Numbered from the stretch's first letter, positions 27,967 to 41,092 are shown. The stretch is 64,000 nt of DNA from an uncultured Bacteroidales bacterium (GCA_903926565.1 CAIYJU010000058.1:743-64742), one strand, 5' to 3'. Made by a program: numbers and translations. Notes: a model not told the origin generated them from the sequence alone.

Positions 27967-28551
27967 ATGTACGAATATATACAAGGCAGACTGGTAGAAA
28001 AAAATCCTGCGTATGCAGTAGTTGATGTTCATGGAATAGGCTATTTGCTTAATATTTCCCTCCACACGTATTCACAACTGATCCAGGACGAACAATGTAC
28101 CCTTTACACCCATCTCGTGGTGCGTGAAGATGACATGCTGCTTTATGGATTTGCCGATACCGGTGAACGGGAACTTTTTCGCCAGCTTATCAGTGTTTCC
28201 GGGGTTGGTGTGAATACGGCACGCATCATTTTATCATCACTTTCACCCCATGAAGTGGAACGGGCCATTGCAGAAGGAAATGCTCCATTGCTTCAGCGTA
28301 TCAAGGGTATCGGTGCGAAAACTGCCCAGCGAATCATTATTGATTTGAAGGATAAGGTTTCAAAGGAGTTAATTCCCTTTGAAAAATCAGGAAATTTGCA
28401 CAATACAAAGAAGGAAGAAGCGTTATCAGGATTGATCATTCTGGGCTTCCCAAAGATGCTTGCTGATAAAGCATTAATTAAAATCATCGAATCGGAAGGA
28501 ACAGGCTTGACAGTGGAACAACTGATCAAACACGCGCTCAAGGTTTTATAG
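27967..28551 (+). CDS. ruvA: Holliday junction DNA helicase subunit RuvA
   Basis: MYEYIQGRLVEKNPAYAVVDVHGIGY from the ATG at 27967. HhH motifs SVSGVGVNTA and IKGIGAKTAQRI. Confidence 0.9.
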   Translation: MYEYIQGRLVEKNPAYAVVDVHGIGYLLNISLHTYSQLIQDEQCTLYTHLVVREDDMLLYGFADTGERELFRQLISVSGVGVNTARIILSSLSPHEVERAIAEGNAPLLQRIKGIGAKTAQRIIIDLKDKVSKELIPFEKSGNLHNTKKEEALSGLIILGFPKMLADKALIKIIESEGTGLTVEQLIKHALKVL

Positions 28552-28578
28552 CGTGAAGGTTCCGGAGTTACATAGACC

Positions 28579-31500
28579 TTGCTGGACTTAGTGAAGAAAC
28601 ACGATTTATATACTCTTATCTGCCTGGCCGTCCTGGTTACCATCCGTATCCCGGTTTTTTCCGGTGAAACGCGGGGTAGCTTTGGACCCTCTTCGCTTTT
28701 TGTTTCCCCGCCCGACAGTTTACGCAAAGGAGATTCCACCGGACTAAGGTATCCTTTTGGTGATGAGACGATTATGCCGGGATCAGGGACGGAAAACCCA
28801 ATCTACCTGAAGAATCCTTCGAATATTAAAACAAACGTTGAGTACGATCCTATTACCCGCCAGTATTATTACAACTATAAAATAGGGGAGACCACTTACC
28901 GGATCCCCACCACCCTGTCGTTCGATGAGTTTCAGAACCAGGATATGCAGTCCATGATCAACAATTACTGGAAAGAGCGGTCAGCGGCTGCAACCATGGA
29001 CAATTCCAAAGGGATCATCCCTAAAATCCACATCCCCGGTAAAGTATTTGAAACGATTTTCGGCAACAACACGGTTGATATCCGGCCCCAGGGATCGGCA
29101 GAAATCGACTTCGGCATCATTTCAAACCGGCGCGATGATCCGATGCTCAGCACCCGTCAGCGCAGGCAGACCAACTTCGATTTCAATGAGAAAATCCAGA
29201 TGAATGTCATCGCGAAAATTGGCGACAAGATTGAATTTAAGATCAACTACAACACGGAAGCCACCTTCGATTTTGAAAACAAACTTAAGCTGAAATACGA
29301 AGGCAAGGAGGATGACATCATCCAACTCATCGAGGCCGGAGATGTAAACATGCCGCTCAGCACAAACCTGATCAGAGGTACAGAAAGTCTTTTCGGGATT
29401 AAAACCAAGCTGAAATTCGGCCGGGTCATGGTAACAGCCATCTATTCGCAACAAAAAAGCGAGACCAAAAACATTGTCGTCCAGGGGAATTCACAAACCC
29501 AGAAATTCACCATTCGTGCCGATGAATACGAAGAGAACAAGCACTTCTTTTTGGGTCAGAATTTTCGGAATACCTATAAAAAAGGAACAAAAGAGTTACC
29601 ACTTGTCAACACCAATGTGAACATCCTGAAAGTAGAAGTCTGGGTAACCAACATCGGAGCTGCCGTAACTGAGAACCGCAATATTGTGGCATTCACCGAC
29701 CTGGGCGAATATCAGCCATACAATACCCGCTTATTTACCGGGAATCCAAATGGCCAGTTTACCTCCAACAAGTCAAACAACCTTTTCCAGGTATTGATGC
29801 CAACTGCCGCTGATACAGCCAAGGTCAGAAACATCAATACAGTTGGACGCTACCTGGCGGGAGCCCCATTTTTCATGGTATCAGGCGAGGATGCCGTAAA
29901 AGTTGAAAGCGCCCGCAAACTGCTGCCTTCTGAATACACGTTAAATTCGAAACTTGGCTTTATCTCTTTAAACTCAGCCCTTAACTCCGATCAAACCCTG
30001 GCCGTTGCCTACCAATACCAGGTTGTTGGCGACACCGCCGTATATCAGGTGGGAGAATTTTCCGACCAGGGCATCATTTCACCCAACAGCCTTGTAGTGA
30101 AATTGCTGAAAAGCACGGTGCTGAACACCCGGATTCCACTGTGGAACCTGATGATGAAAAATGTATATTCCCTGGGTGCTTATCAGTTACAGCCCAACGA
30201 CTTTACCGTTAATATTTTATATACCGGAAATGCAAATGGGGTTCCCACTTCCTATATTTCAGAGGGACGCATCAAAGGAGTTCCCCTGTTAAGGGTACTC
30301 AGTCTTGACAATGTTAACCAGCAATTCAACCCGCCAGGGGATGGCATGTTTGACTTTATTGATCAGGCAGCTACCGGTGGGGGTACCATACAGTCATCAA
30401 ACGGAAGGATCTATTTCCCGGTGCTTGAACCTTTCGGAAAGGATCTGCGTGACTCTATTTTTGATCCGACCCATCCCAAAGAATCCACTGAACTGGCGAA
30501 TAAGTATTGTTTTGATTCGTTGTACACAATGACAAAATCAAATGCACGGCAGTATCCGGATAAAAATAAATTTGCACTGGATGGTTTTTACAAATCATCC
30601 GCTGGCTCAGAAATATCCCTTAATGCATTGAATGTTCCCCCGGGATCGGTCAAGGTGACTGCCGGCGGCATCCTTTTGCAGGAAAATGTGCATTATACTG
30701 TTGACTATACCCTTGGTCGGGTGAGAATTATCAACGAAGGGATCCTCAATTCGGGGACCGTGATCAACATCTCACTTGAAAGCAATGAAATGTTCAATGT
30801 GCAAACCAAACGGTTGATGGGGGCTCACATTGATTACAAGATCAACAAGGATTTCGTTGTGGGTGCTACCATTTTAAACCTGAACGAAACCCCGTTGACC
30901 CAGAAGGTAAACTATGGCGACGAACCGATGTCGAATACGATATGGGGCATGAACATGTCGTACCGCACACAAAGCAGGCTGATTACCAGGTTTATCGATG
31001 CGTTGCCACTGATCAACACCAAGGCGCCGTCGTCTATTGCGGTTGATGTTGAATTTGCCCAGTTTATTCCGGGCCATTCCAAAGCAATCGGAAAGGCGGG
31101 TACAACTTATATCGATGATTTTGAAGGCGCAAAGTCAACCATCGATTTAAAAAGTATGGGAAACTGGTTTATGGCCAGTACCCCCCAGGGTCAGACTTCT
31201 TCGCGCATGTTCCCGGAGGCAGGCGCCGGAATTAACCTCTCATATGGCTATAACAGGGCAAAACTTGGCTGGTATATTATCGATCCGCTGTTTTATGATA
31301 AAAACACGAACCTCCTGCCCCCCAATGTCTCCAACCAGGAGTTGTCGAATCAATATGTAAGGCAGGTTTGGGAAACAGAGATATTCCCGAACAAACAACC
31401 TTTGAACGGAGTTCCGGTGAACCTCGCCGTACTCAACCTGGCATATTATCCATCTGAACGTGGACCTTATAATTACGATATTGCACCCACCTCTTTGTCA

Positions 31501-34500
31501 AAGGGGTTGAATCCCGACGGAACCCTGGCTGCGCCTGAAACCCGCTGGGGTGGCGTGATGCGTAAGATAGAATCAACGGATTTTGATGCCACCAACATTC
31601 AGTATATCGAATTCTGGATGATGGACCCGTTTGTATATGACTCCACCAACAGCGGACAGCTCTATTTCAACCTTGGAGATGTGTCGGAGGATATTTTACG
31701 GGATGGGCGTAAGAGTTATGAAAACGGGTTACCGAATTCAGCCGTTATAAAAGACGTGGATACCACAATATGGGGGCGGGTACCCCGGTTGCAGGCCCTG
31801 GTTGATGCTTTTGACAACACCCCGGAATCACGTCCTTTCCAGGATGTGGGATATGATGGATTGTCGGACCAGGATGAGTTGTCGTTCTTTGACACTACCT
31901 ATGTCGCCAGGGTTCGTACTGCCTACGGGTCGGGTTCCGGAGCCTATAAAAATGCCTCAACTGACCCTTCTGGGGATGATTTTCACTATTTCCGGGGAAC
32001 CGATTACGACAACGACCCGAACTTCAGCAGTGTGCTGAACCGGTATAAGAAGTTTAACCTCCCGGAGGGAAACAGTCCGACAACATCTCAGTCGCCCGAG
32101 AGTTATCCGACTGTTGCCACCACGATTCCCAACATGGAGGATATCAACAAGGATAATACACTGAGCGAGTCAGAACGTTACTACCAGTACGTAGTGCAGC
32201 TGAGCCGCGACAAGATGAAGCCGGGATCGAATTATATTACCAATGTTTATCGTGCAAGCGACATTCCGCTGGCTGACGGAACCCGGGGCAGTGTTGACTG
32301 GTACCAGTTCAAAATTCCAATCCGCACGCCGGATGCAACCATTGGGACCATCAACGATTTCACCTCCATCCGCTTCATGAGGATGTTTGTAAAGAACTTT
32401 CAGCGGCCAGTTGTCTGCCGTTTTGCTACCCTGGAACTCTCCCGCGGGGAGTGGAGGAAATACAACTACAGCCTGCTTTCTCCGGGTGAATACATTCCTG
32501 AAGCCACACAGAATCAGACCCAGTTCGATATTGCAACTGTGAGTCTCGAAGAAAACGGCAGCAAACAGCCGATCCCATATGTGATGCCTCCGGGTATAGA
32601 GCGGGAAACCAATTGGGGTTCAACCAATATGCAGAAACTTAATGAGCAATCAATGTCGTTCAAGGTATGTAACCTGACCGACGGAGATGCCCGTGCAGCC
32701 TATAAAACCACAGAGTTTGACTTCCGCCAGTTTAAACGTCTGAAGATGTTTGTACATGCTGAACGGTCAATTCGTAACCAGAACCTCAAACCCGGCGACC
32801 TGACCATCCTGATGCGCATCGGCTCCGATTTTACCGAAAACTACTATGAGTATGAGATCCCGCTGAGCTTTACAGAGTGGGGAACTTCCGATCCGGATGC
32901 AATCTGGAACAGCAGCAACGATTTCGACATCGACCTGGAGCGGTTGGTACAGGTCAAATACAACCGGCTGATCGCCATGCAGGATCAGGGGCTGGTATTA
33001 ACATCAGCTACCCCGTATTCAGAATATGACGGAAAAAATAGAATCACCGTAGTGGGATCACCCACCATCAGTGATGTTCGTGCAATCATGATTGGAATAC
33101 GGAACCCGAAAAAAAGCGCGCTGGCGTCAGATGACGATGGCCAGGCGAAATGTGCCGAGATATGGGTGGACGAATTACGTCTTTCCGATTTTAATAAATT
33201 CGGAGGATTTGCCGCCACAGCCAGGGTTGCCGTAGAACTTGCCGACCTCGGACGGGTACAGCTTACCGGTACCTACAGCAGTTCCGGCTTTGGTACACTG
33301 GAGCAAAAGCAAACGACACGGCCCATGGAGGAGGTCCTGACCTTCGGGTTCGATACAGATCTGGAATTGGGTAAATTTTTACCTTCAAAATCCGGGATTC
33401 GCATCCCCATGCATTTTGATTATTCCGTGATGCAGATCAGTCCAAAATATGACCCGCTCAACCCTGACCTTTACCTGAAAGATGTGATCAATGCCTATAA
33501 TACCAAGGAGAAAAAAGATTCAATCAGACAAATTACCCAGGGCTACTCCTATACGAAAAATTTCAACCTGATGAATGTCAGGAAAGACAGGACCGGAACC
33601 AAAAAACCCAGGATCTACGACATTGAAAACTTCAACGCCAGTTATGCCTATTCGGAAATTTCACACAGGGATGTTGACATCGCCATTGATCTGAAAAAGA
33701 AATATACGGGAGGGCTTGGATATAACTTCGCTGCACAGCCCAAAAACATCCTGCCTTTTAAGCGCATCAAGGCATTAAACAGTTCAAAAGCGTTTACACT
33801 GATTAAGGATTTTAACTTTTATTACCTGCCAAAGTCATTCTCGTTTCGAACCGATATGAACCGCGAATATAATGAGCGGCAGTTCAGGAATAAAAGCCAG
33901 GCCATTGTTCCGATGGAAAAATTCTATATCAAGCGGTGGGACTGGAACCGGACGTACGACCTTAAATATGATTTTGCAAAGTCACTCAGGTTGACACTTA
34001 TTGCCAATACGCAGGCGTTTATTAATGAACCTCCAGGAGCAGTTGACCGCTCCAACCGCGATCAGATCTGGAGTGAAATATTCTCCCTGGGAACAAAAAA
34101 CAATTATAATCAGGCGTTAAATATTGCATGGGACGTGCCGATCGCCAAAATTCCGATGCTTGATTTTATTACACTTCAGGCTGGTTATACAGCAAACTAT
34201 CACTGGATTGGATCGCCGGTCACCATCCAGGTAAAGCGAGGCAACTCAATTGAAAATGCAAATGCAAAAACACTCAACGGCGGATTTAACCTGGTCACAC
34301 TTTACAACAAGATCCCCTATCTCAAAAAGATCAACCAGAGTACAGCCAATACCCGGGGAAACAAACCGGAGCCAGCCAAAAATAAGAATGTTAATAAGCA
34401 GGATAGCCTGAAGTTGCTGCCCAACCGGCCGAATATTGGAAAAATAATCCTTGACGGAACCCTCCGCTTCCTCATGGGTGTGAGAAACGCCAAATTTACC

Positions 34501-35820
34501 TATACGCAGGGAAATGGAATTGCATTTCCGGGATTCAAGCCGAAACCTGTCGTGCTGGGAAATGACTGGAGTGAAAATGCCCCCGGACTTGGATTCATCT
34601 TTGGCAGCCAGAACGACATTCGCAACACAGCTTCCGATAATGGCTGGATCAGTACCGACACCATGCTGAACAATCCTTACTTTAAGAAATTTACTGAGAA
34701 TCTAAGCATCATGGTCAGTGTTGAGCCGATCAAGGACCTGCGTATTGAGGTGATCGCCAACAAGCAATATTCCAGATCACACCAGGAATACTACCGGGCA
34801 GATGCAGCCGGTGTATTCCACACCTATTCACCACTTGACCAGGGCAGTTTTACCATGTCGTATATCATGATCGGGACAGCTTTTAAAAGCGATAATTCAG
34901 ATGGGTCATCACCGACATTCGAAAAGATGAAGCAAGACAGACTTCTGATTGCACAGCGGTATGCAGCTACGAATCCAAATTCCAAAACAATCAATGACTC
35001 AACCGGATTCCCGGAAGGTTACGGGCCAACAAACCAGGAAGTTCTGACCTCTGCATTCCTTGCTGCTTATGGAGGAAAGGATCCTTTGAAAATCAAGCTG
35101 ACCGCATTCCCGAGCATTCCGCTTCCCAACTGGCGGCTTATTTATGACGGACTTGTCAAACTCAAGGTCTTCAAAACCTGGCTGCGTACCCTGACCATCA
35201 CCCATGCATACCTTTCCACCTATAATGTCGGAACCTTCAACTCGAGTATTCTCTATCGCGAAGTGAATGGCATGCCCTCCGTACCGGATGATGCAGGGAA
35301 TTTTGTTCCGCAACTGCAAACTACCGTGATCTCCATCACCGAGCAGTTTAATCCGCTGTTCAAGGTTGACATGGGATTCATCAACAGCTTGCTTGCAAGC
35401 GCTGAAGTACGCAGATCGCGGAATATCGCCCTCAGTTTTTCAAACAACCAGCTTACTGAAATAACCAGCAACGAGTATATTGTCGGGTTGGGCTACCGTT
35501 TGAAAGGGATCAAATTCAACTTGTCGGGCGTGATGGGCGGAGGTAAGAAAACCAGGACCAACAGCGACCTGAACCTCAAACTTGATTTCTCCATTCGTCA
35601 GAATAAAACGGTGCTTCGCAGGGTTGATCAGGACATTAACCAGATCTCCGTGGGGCAGCAGGTGTTCTCCCTGAACTTCTCAGCCGACTACAACCTGAGT
35701 GCACGGTTCAATGTGAGGTTCTATTTCGATAAGGTGATCAATACACCTTATGTGTCGAACCAATACCGTACGTCGAATACCAAGGGAGGGATTGCGTTGC
35801 GGTTCACGCTGGGTAACTAA
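28579..35820 (+). CDS. sprA: T9SS translocon / gliding-motility protein SprA (Sov)
   Basis: 2413 aa. The N-terminal region [15 protein letters not shown]...[62 protein letters not shown] matches the conserved SprA signature, and the rest is a giant beta-barrel-type sequence. The start is uncertain (TTG 28579 or GTG 28591). Confidence 0.85.
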   Translation: MLDLVKKHDLYTLICLAVLVTIRIPVFSGETRGSFGPSSLFVSPPDSLRKGDSTGLRYPFGDETIMPGSGTENPIYLKNPSNIKTNVEYDPITRQYYYNYKIGETTYRIPTTLSFDEFQNQDMQSMINNYWKERSAAATMDNSKGIIPKIHIPGKVFETIFGNNTVDIRPQGSAEIDFGIISNRRDDPMLSTRQRRQTNFDFNEKIQMNVIAKIGDKIEFKINYNTEATFDFENKLKLKYEGKEDDIIQLIEAGDVNMPLSTNLIRGTESLFGIKTKLKFGRVMVTAIYSQQKSETKNIVVQGNSQTQKFTIRADEYEENKHFFLGQNFRNTYKKGTKELPLVNTNVNILKVEVWVTNIGAAVTENRNIVAFTDLGEYQPYNTRLFTGNPNGQFTSNKSNNLFQVLMPTAADTAKVRNINTVGRYLAGAPFFMVSGEDAVKVESARKLLPSEYTLNSKLGFISLNSALNSDQTLAVAYQYQVVGDTAVYQVGEFSDQGIISPNSLVVKLLKSTVLNTRIPLWNLMMKNVYSLGAYQLQPNDFTVNILYTGNANGVPTSYISEGRIKGVPLLRVLSLDNVNQQFNPPGDGMFDFIDQAATGGGTIQSSNGRIYFPVLEPFGKDLRDSIFDPTHPKESTELANKYCFDSLYTMTKSNARQYPDKNKFALDGFYKSSAGSEISLNALNVPPGSVKVTAGGILLQENVHYTVDYTLGRVRIINEGILNSGTVINISLESNEMFNVQTKRLMGAHIDYKINKDFVVGATILNLNETPLTQKVNYGDEPMSNTIWGMNMSYRTQSRLITRFIDALPLINTKAPSSIAVDVEFAQFIPGHSKAIGKAGTTYIDDFEGAKSTIDLKSMGNWFMASTPQGQTSSRMFPEAGAGINLSYGYNRAKLGWYIIDPLFYDKNTNLLPPNVSNQELSNQYVRQVWETEIFPNKQPLNGVPVNLAVLNLAYYPSERGPYNYDIAPTSLSKGLNPDGTLAAPETRWGGVMRKIESTDFDATNIQYIEFWMMDPFVYDSTNSGQLYFNLGDVSEDILRDGRKSYENGLPNSAVIKDVDTTIWGRVPRLQALVDAFDNTPESRPFQDVGYDGLSDQDELSFFDTTYVARVRTAYGSGSGAYKNASTDPSGDDFHYFRGTDYDNDPNFSSVLNRYKKFNLPEGNSPTTSQSPESYPTVATTIPNMEDINKDNTLSESERYYQYVVQLSRDKMKPGSNYITNVYRASDIPLADGTRGSVDWYQFKIPIRTPDATIGTINDFTSIRFMRMFVKNFQRPVVCRFATLELSRGEWRKYNYSLLSPGEYIPEATQNQTQFDIATVSLEENGSKQPIPYVMPPGIERETNWGSTNMQKLNEQSMSFKVCNLTDGDARAAYKTTEFDFRQFKRLKMFVHAERSIRNQNLKPGDLTILMRIGSDFTENYYEYEIPLSFTEWGTSDPDAIWNSSNDFDIDLERLVQVKYNRLIAMQDQGLVLTSATPYSEYDGKNRITVVGSPTISDVRAIMIGIRNPKKSALASDDDGQAKCAEIWVDELRLSDFNKFGGFAATARVAVELADLGRVQLTGTYSSSGFGTLEQKQTTRPMEEVLTFGFDTDLELGKFLPSKSGIRIPMHFDYSVMQISPKYDPLNPDLYLKDVINAYNTKEKKDSIRQITQGYSYTKNFNLMNVRKDRTGTKKPRIYDIENFNASYAYSEISHRDVDIAIDLKKKYTGGLGYNFAAQPKNILPFKRIKALNSSKAFTLIKDFNFYYLPKSFSFRTDMNREYNERQFRNKSQAIVPMEKFYIKRWDWNRTYDLKYDFAKSLRLTLIANTQAFINEPPGAVDRSNRDQIWSEIFSLGTKNNYNQALNIAWDVPIAKIPMLDFITLQAGYTANYHWIGSPVTIQVKRGNSIENANAKTLNGGFNLVTLYNKIPYLKKINQSTANTRGNKPEPAKNKNVNKQDSLKLLPNRPNIGKIILDGTLRFLMGVRNAKFTYTQGNGIAFPGFKPKPVVLGNDWSENAPGLGFIFGSQNDIRNTASDNGWISTDTMLNNPYFKKFTENLSIMVSVEPIKDLRIEVIANKQYSRSHQEYYRADAAGVFHTYSPLDQGSFTMSYIMIGTAFKSDNSDGSSPTFEKMKQDRLLIAQRYAATNPNSKTINDSTGFPEGYGPTNQEVLTSAFLAAYGGKDPLKIKLTAFPSIPLPNWRLIYDGLVKLKVFKTWLRTLTITHAYLSTYNVGTFNSSILYREVNGMPSVPDDAGNFVPQLQTTVISITEQFNPLFKVDMGFINSLLASAEVRRSRNIALSFSNNQLTEITSNEYIVGLGYRLKGIKFNLSGVMGGGKKTRTNSDLNLKLDFSIRQNKTVLRRVDQDINQISVGQQVFSLNFSADYNLSARFNVRFYFDKVINTPYVSNQYRTSNTKGGIALRFTLGN

Positions 35821-35833
35821 CCCCGGACGTTAA

Positions 35834-35853
35834 CCTCAGGCTTAAGCCTGAGG
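35834..35853 (+). terminator. Perfect 20-nt palindrome after sprA (possible terminator hairpin, no T-run)
   Basis: cctcaggcttaagcctgagg begins 14 nt after the sprA stop. Confidence 0.35.
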
Positions 35854-35909
35854 CTATAGGAGGTATCAGAAAAAGATGTAACTTTGAGCAAATCTCTAAA
35901 CACAATTAT

Positions 35910-36290
35910 ATGAACGTTCCTGCAAATCTCAAGTACACTAAAGACCATGAATGGCTGAAGGTTGACGGCGAAGAAGCCTATATTGGTATTACAGATCACG
36001 CCCAGCATGAATTGGGCGACATCGTTTTCATCGAGGTGGAAACAGAAGGGGAGACCCTTGGAAAGCACGAATCTTTCGGAACTATTGAAGCTGTAAAGAC
36101 CGTTTCTGACATGTTCATGCCGGTTGGCGGAGAGGTGCTGGAGTTCAACGGAGAACTTACCACAACACCTGAACTCATCAACCAGGATCCTTATGACAAA
36201 GGCTGGGTGATCAAAATCAGGATGACAGATTCAGGCGAAATGGCCGATCTGCTTGATGCCGCCCAATATACGGCGCTTATCGGAGGCTGA
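35910..36290 (+). CDS. gcvH: Glycine cleavage system H protein
   Basis: [36 protein letters not shown] and the lipoyl-Lys motif EAVKTVSD; 126 aa. Confidence 0.95.
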   Translation: MNVPANLKYTKDHEWLKVDGEEAYIGITDHAQHELGDIVFIEVETEGETLGKHESFGTIEAVKTVSDMFMPVGGEVLEFNGELTTTPELINQDPYDKGWVIKIRMTDSGEMADLLDAAQYTALIGG

Positions 36291-36696
36291 TTTACCCGGC
36301 ATCCTGTCTCAATTGCGCATTTTTCTTAAATACAACCTCTGGGCAATTTTATGGGGATTTCTGATCATTGTGCTGACTGCATTACCCGGGAAATCCTTTC
36401 CAAAACTGCCCGACTTTCTGGATTTGTTCCACCCGGATAAGTTGATCCATGTTTTTATTTTCGGAATTTACGCATTTCTGCAGATCAGGGGACTCAGCGC
36501 CCAGCCGGTTTATCCAACCCTTTCCAGGAATGCAGTGGTGATTACCATGCTGATTGGCCTATCCCTTGGAGCGGGAACAGAAATCCTGCAGGATGTTTAT
36601 GTTCCAAGGCGTTTCGGGTCCATCTATGACTTTATCGCCAACGTGGCGGGATGTTTTGTTGGGTGGGGGATCGCAGTCCGATTGCGATTATTATGA
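36256..36696 (+). CDS. VanZ-family membrane protein
   Basis: Four TM helices. [16 protein letters not shown] and [14 protein letters not shown] resemble VanZ. The start is uncertain and overlaps the gcvH 3' end. Confidence 0.6.
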   Translation: MPPNIRRLSEADLPGILSQLRIFLKYNLWAILWGFLIIVLTALPGKSFPKLPDFLDLFHPDKLIHVFIFGIYAFLQIRGLSAQPVYPTLSRNAVVITMLIGLSLGAGTEILQDVYVPRRFGSIYDFIANVAGCFVGWGIAVRLRLL

Positions 36697-36742
36697 TTAT
36701 CCTTACGGGAAGCTTGAACTGATCTTATATTGCCTGTTGCTC

Positions 36743-37048
36743 TTATAAGATTGTCAATTGAATCTTTCTACCAAGTCCGGTTTCAAATATTTTGTATAAA
36801 GTCGATAACTGAATGTCGACTTTCCCGTTTTCAAGCCTGGAGATATAGCTTTTCTTTGTCCCGATTTTGTCAGCTAACTGCTCTTGAGTGATATGAGCAT
36901 CTTTTCTGGCTTCTTTCAGCATTTCGGAAATAACAAAATAGTTAGCTTTGGCTTCATACTCGTCTCGTACGGAAGAACCAACTTTACCGTATTTTAAGTC
37001 TAAAAGTTCGTCAAAGGTCTTCGCATTTCTCATTGCTTCTTTTTTCAT
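36743..37048 (-). CDS. XRE-family HTH antitoxin (HigA-like)
   Basis: HITQEQLADKIGTKKSYISRLENGKVDIQLSTLYKI HTH; 101 aa. It lies downstream of, and overlaps by 4 nt, the toxin reading frame. Confidence 0.8.
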   Translation of the reverse strand: MKKEAMRNAKTFDELLDLKYGKVGSSVRDEYEAKANYFVISEMLKEARKDAHITQEQLADKIGTKKSYISRLENGKVDIQLSTLYKIFETGLGRKIQLTIL

Positions 37049-37402
37049 TTTCTTAAATTTTTTTTAAGGTCAAAATACGCTCGTTTTAATCTGAGAGCTT
37101 TCTCGATTTCCTTTTGTGGAGTTTTCTGTGTCTTTTTCTGAAATGCATTGAACAAAACAACTATCCTCCCTTCATCAAAGCAACAGAAAATTCTGTAGAT
37201 ATCGGGAACAGTATTCGACTCTGATTTCATAAAGTCCATCTGCATTTTCCATTGGACGGAGGAATTTTTTCGAAACTCTCTCAACCAGTTTGATTATATG
37301 AAACACAAATTCTATTTTCTCTTGAACTTTTGTTGTTTGTTCAAGATAAAAGTCAACAAAGTGACTTCCATGAAATATGATTTTTCGTTCTACAAATTCC
37401 AC
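37045..37402 (-). pseudogene. Frameshifted RelE/HigB-superfamily toxin (phage Gp49-like)
   Basis: The N-terminal half is in ORF 37175..37402 (...ADGLYEIRVEYCS). The C-terminal half is in ORF 37045..37284 (...DIYRIFCCFDEGRIVVLFNAFQKKTQKTPQKEI). Deleting one C from the CCC run (plus-strand GGG 37204-37206) gives a continuous protein of about 118 aa. Confidence 0.7.
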
Positions 37403-37529
37403 GCAGCAAAGTTAACTATAAAGTTAACATTTTCCAAATTAATTTTGTTTGGACTATTTTGTCGCATGGTTGCAGGTACTCTTATCCACGGCCTTTAGGT
37501 CGTGGCAATTTAAGCCGTGGCCCACCCTG

Positions 37530-39356
37530 TTATTTAACATCCTCCCGATGAAAATAGCTATAAACGATGGCCCCTTTTGCTTTTCCAATCGTATCCTGGA
37601 TCTCCTCCAGGGTAGCCAGCTTAATGTTTTTAACCGACTTGAATTTCCAGAGTAGCTTCTGATTGATATTGGATCCGATCCCCGGGATTTCCATAAGCTG
37701 GGGTGACATCGTTGCCTTTTCACGTCGGCGCCGATGGTGGGTGATGCCAAACCTGTGGGCTTCATCACGCATCTGCTGGATGATCCGCAGGGTTTCCGAC
37801 TTCTTGTCGAGGTACATGGGGAATGAATCGTTGGGATAGTAGATCTCCTCCAGCTTCTTGGCAATCCCGATCACGGTCATTTTTCCCGAAAGGCCCAGGG
37901 TGTGAAGACTTTTCAGCGCCGCACTCAGCTGCCCCTTGCCGCCATCGACGATGATCAGCTGGGGCAACGGTTTTTCTTCTTCTATCAGGCGTTTGTATCT
38001 GCGGAAAATGATCTCTTCCATCGACGCGAAATCGTTGGGTCCTTCCACGGTTTTGATGTTGAAATGGCGGTATTCGCTCTTGTCGGGTTTTGCATTTTTA
38101 AAGCAAACCATGGCCGCCACCGGACTGTCTCCCTGGATGTTGGAGTTGTCGAAACACTCAATGTGTTCGGGCAGTTCGGTCATGCGCAGGTCCTTCATCA
38201 TGGTGTCGAGGATCCGGCGTGTCTTATGCTCCGGATCGACAAGCTCCTTCTGTTTCTCCTTTTCGAGCTGGTAATACTTTACATTCCGTTCCGACAATTC
38301 CAGCAGTTTTTTCTTATCCCCGATCTTGGGAACGGTGAAATTCAGCCCGGGGATGGGATAGTCAAAGAGAAACGGTACGATGATCTCAGAGGAGACACTT
38401 TCAAACCGCTGCCTGATCTCCGTGATGGCCATCGCAAGCAGCTCTTCCGGGCTCTCATCCAGCTTTTTGATCATCTCGATGGTGTGTACCTGGATGATGG
38501 CGCCGTTCATCACCTTCATGAAGTTGACATAGGAAGTCAGTCCTTCGGCGATGATGGAAAAGACATCGACGTTGTTGATGGTCGGGCTTACCACAGTTGA
38601 TTTGCTCTGGTATTTGTCGAGCAGGGCCAGCTTCTCTTTTACATAGTGTGCTTTTTCAAACTCTTCGGTGGAGGCATAACTCATCATGAGTTCCCTGAGC
38701 TGCCTGGCAACCGTGGTGATGTTGCCTTTGATGATCTCTTTGATGGCTGCAATCGACCTGTCGTATTCTTCAACACTTTGATGACCTTCACAGGGGCCTT
38801 TGCAATTCCCGATATGAAATTCAAGGCAGACTTTAAACTTTCCGGAACGTATATTCTTGTCGGTGAGCGACAACGTGCAGTTGCGCAAGGGATAGAGCTG
38901 ACGGCTTAGTTCAAGAAGCGTGTGCATGAGTCGCCCGTTGGCATAAGGCCCGAAATAGACCGATCCGTCGCGGATGACATGACGGGTGGGGAAAATACGC
39001 GGGAAGGGTTCGTTTTTAATGCAGATCCACGGGTAGGTCTTGTCATCCTTCAGCGCCACATTGTAATGAGGCTGATATTTTTTGATCAGGTTATTTTCAA
39101 GCAGCAGGGCGTCCTGCTCGGTTTCCACGACAATGAATTTAATTTCGGCAATTTTCCGCACCAGCATCTGCACTTTACCGCTGATCGAGTTAATTTTGGC
39201 AAAATAGGAGCTTACCCGCTTCCGGAGGTCTTTGGCCTTCCCGACGTAAATGATCTTTCCCTTTTCATCATAATACTGGTACACTCCCGGTTTGTGAGGG
39301 AGATTTTTCACAATGGATTCGAGCTGGGAGAAATATTTGTTTAAAGAACCTGCCAT
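37530..39356 (-). CDS. uvrC: Excinuclease ABC subunit C
   Basis: GIY-YIG N-terminus GVYQYYDEKGKIIYVGKAKDLRKRVSSYF, a UvrBC-interaction region, and a C-terminal endonuclease plus HhH; 608 aa. Confidence 0.95.
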   Translation of the reverse strand: MAGSLNKYFSQLESIVKNLPHKPGVYQYYDEKGKIIYVGKAKDLRKRVSSYFAKINSISGKVQMLVRKIAEIKFIVVETEQDALLLENNLIKKYQPHYNVALKDDKTYPWICIKNEPFPRIFPTRHVIRDGSVYFGPYANGRLMHTLLELSRQLYPLRNCTLSLTDKNIRSGKFKVCLEFHIGNCKGPCEGHQSVEEYDRSIAAIKEIIKGNITTVARQLRELMMSYASTEEFEKAHYVKEKLALLDKYQSKSTVVSPTINNVDVFSIIAEGLTSYVNFMKVMNGAIIQVHTIEMIKKLDESPEELLAMAITEIRQRFESVSSEIIVPFLFDYPIPGLNFTVPKIGDKKKLLELSERNVKYYQLEKEKQKELVDPEHKTRRILDTMMKDLRMTELPEHIECFDNSNIQGDSPVAAMVCFKNAKPDKSEYRHFNIKTVEGPNDFASMEEIIFRRYKRLIEEEKPLPQLIIVDGGKGQLSAALKSLHTLGLSGKMTVIGIAKKLEEIYYPNDSFPMYLDKKSETLRIIQQMRDEAHRFGITHHRRRREKATMSPQLMEIPGIGSNINQKLLWKFKSVKNIKLATLEEIQDTIGKAKGAIVYSYFHREDVK

Positions 39357-40367
39357 CTATGAATTGGTTACATCAGCAATCCAGGCCCTCACCATTGCCA
39401 GTTCAGCCGGCTCCATCAATCCCATGGAAATAAATGATTCGTAGCACGTTACCAGGTTTACGGCAATATGTTGTTCCCCGGGTTGCAGCGGCAGGGCTGA
39501 AAGTATTTCCGCAATCTTCAGGTTGTTGAGGTATCCCGGAATTTCATCCCGGAAATCATTCATGAGTGAATGTGGATTTCGTTCCTGGATTACGGTACTC
39601 TTCGTGAACAGGATATTCCACCCGCAAGTCCATGCGATTCGCTGTGCAATAAAACTCCGCCAGATGTCGGTCATCCTGAAACTGCAGGTCGATGGCAGGT
39701 ACATCAGCATGAATGCCTCTTGTGCCCAAACCGTGTTCTGGCTGTTAAACGGGCACCATACATTGTTGCCAAGTGCAAGGTCGGGCTGATTTAAAAATTC
39801 GATGTGTTCCGGCCGTGTCAGCCTGAAAATGGCATCCACATCAGGAGCCCCGTCGGCCATGCCCTGGTGGATCGGGCTGATAATCAACTCTTCCGGAAAA
39901 TGTTCCGGCTGAGCAACAGGATCGAGGATCAACTGTAAAGGATAACCCCTCGGCCAGAGAAATTCGTTGCTGAAATAGCGGTAAACATTCATCCAGCCTT
40001 CCCGGTGACAGGTTTTAACGCTTTGCCTAACAGGTTTCAAATCAAAAAACCCTGTTTTTGGGGCATTGTCGTCATCGGTTTCCATGATAATCGAAGAACC
40101 TGACCGGATTGCCTGAAGATATCCGAGATTTTTCCGGGAATAGTGGTTCACGGGGAGAAGTGAAGCCAGTCCGAATCCCAGCTCCATCTGATCTCCGACA
40201 GAAAGAAATTCGCAATTTTCCAGGGAAAAATCCTGTGGTGATTTTTTATCTCCGGCAACGATAAAACGGATGTTTCTGCCTGCACACTCGCTGGCATAAG
40301 TTCTCAAAACCTCGTTTGGGGAATTGATAGTGGTAATGACGAGTGAGGTTTTCGCGTTCATGATCAC
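39357..40367 (-). CDS. STELLO/DUF288-like putative glycosyltransferase
   Basis: SLVITTINSPNEV, IRFIVAGDKKSP, YSRKNLGYLQAI, ETDDDN and RMTDIWRSF resemble the STELLO/DUF288 family pattern. The start is GTG 40367 or ATG 40361. The stop abuts the uvrC ATG (TAGATG). Confidence 0.5.
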   Translation of the reverse strand: MIMNAKTSLVITTINSPNEVLRTYASECAGRNIRFIVAGDKKSPQDFSLENCEFLSVGDQMELGFGLASLLPVNHYSRKNLGYLQAIRSGSSIIMETDDDNAPKTGFFDLKPVRQSVKTCHREGWMNVYRYFSNEFLWPRGYPLQLILDPVAQPEHFPEELIISPIHQGMADGAPDVDAIFRLTRPEHIEFLNQPDLALGNNVWCPFNSQNTVWAQEAFMLMYLPSTCSFRMTDIWRSFIAQRIAWTCGWNILFTKSTVIQERNPHSLMNDFRDEIPGYLNNLKIAEILSALPLQPGEQHIAVNLVTCYESFISMGLMEPAELAMVRAWIADVTNS

Positions 40368-41092
40368 AAAGATATCGAATTACCTGTTGCCCGTTTGACA
40401 AAATAGTACCACAGGGTCTCCAGTGAGTTCATCACAGCTCCCGCCCTGACTGAGGGAGAAGGTGTTTTATAGTGGATGGGGATTTCCCTGTATTTATAAT
40501 TCCGAAGCAGGTAACGCAATTCGGTCTGATAAAAATGGGCCGTTGAACGAAGAGGATAGGAGGCGAATTTGGCCGCGATCTCTGTCGTAAAGCCCTGGTA
40601 ACCTGAAGTCATGTCCTTCAGGCTGGTTCCAAGGAGCAGGTTTGCCAGCAAAGTCCCGCCCCGGGAGAAGAACCTGCGTTTCAGCGAAGCATCCTCCATT
40701 GAGCCCCCGGCGATGAACCTGCTTCCGAAAACGCAGGTGAAACCCTGCTCAAAGGCCGCCAGGAATTGAGGAATTGCTGCCGGATCGTGCGAATATCCTG
40801 CATCCATCTCGATAATGTAGTCGTGCCCGTGCAACAATGCTTCCCGGTAACCCCGGAGATACGCATCCACGACATTGCGGTTCGCAGGTTCAAAAACGAT
40901 GATGAATTGCGGATTTTGTGCTGTGAATTCGCGGCAAAGTTCCATTGTGCGGTCTTTTGAGACATCATCCAGCACCAGGTATGCCCTGGCATCGGGATAG
41001 GGCTTCAGCGCCGCGGCCAGGTGCCCGAAAAAGGGCTGGAAGTCGTTTTCTTCATTTGCCAATGGCAGGACCAGGGCGAAGTTCATGTTCAT
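40364..41092 (-). CDS. GT2 polyprenyl-phosphate glycosyltransferase (Dpm1/ArnC/GtrB-like, soluble form)
   Basis: [32 protein letters not shown] and GSRF..GG motifs; 242 aa. ATGA overlap with the upstream gene. Confidence 0.75.
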   Translation of the reverse strand: MNMNFALVLPLANEENDFQPFFGHLAAALKPYPDARAYLVLDDVSKDRTMELCREFTAQNPQFIIVFEPANRNVVDAYLRGYREALLHGHDYIIEMDAGYSHDPAAIPQFLAAFEQGFTCVFGSRFIAGGSMEDASLKRRFFSRGGTLLANLLLGTSLKDMTSGYQGFTTEIAAKFASYPLRSTAHFYQTELRYLLRNYKYREIPIHYKTPSPSVRAGAVMNSLETLWYYFVKRATGNSISL

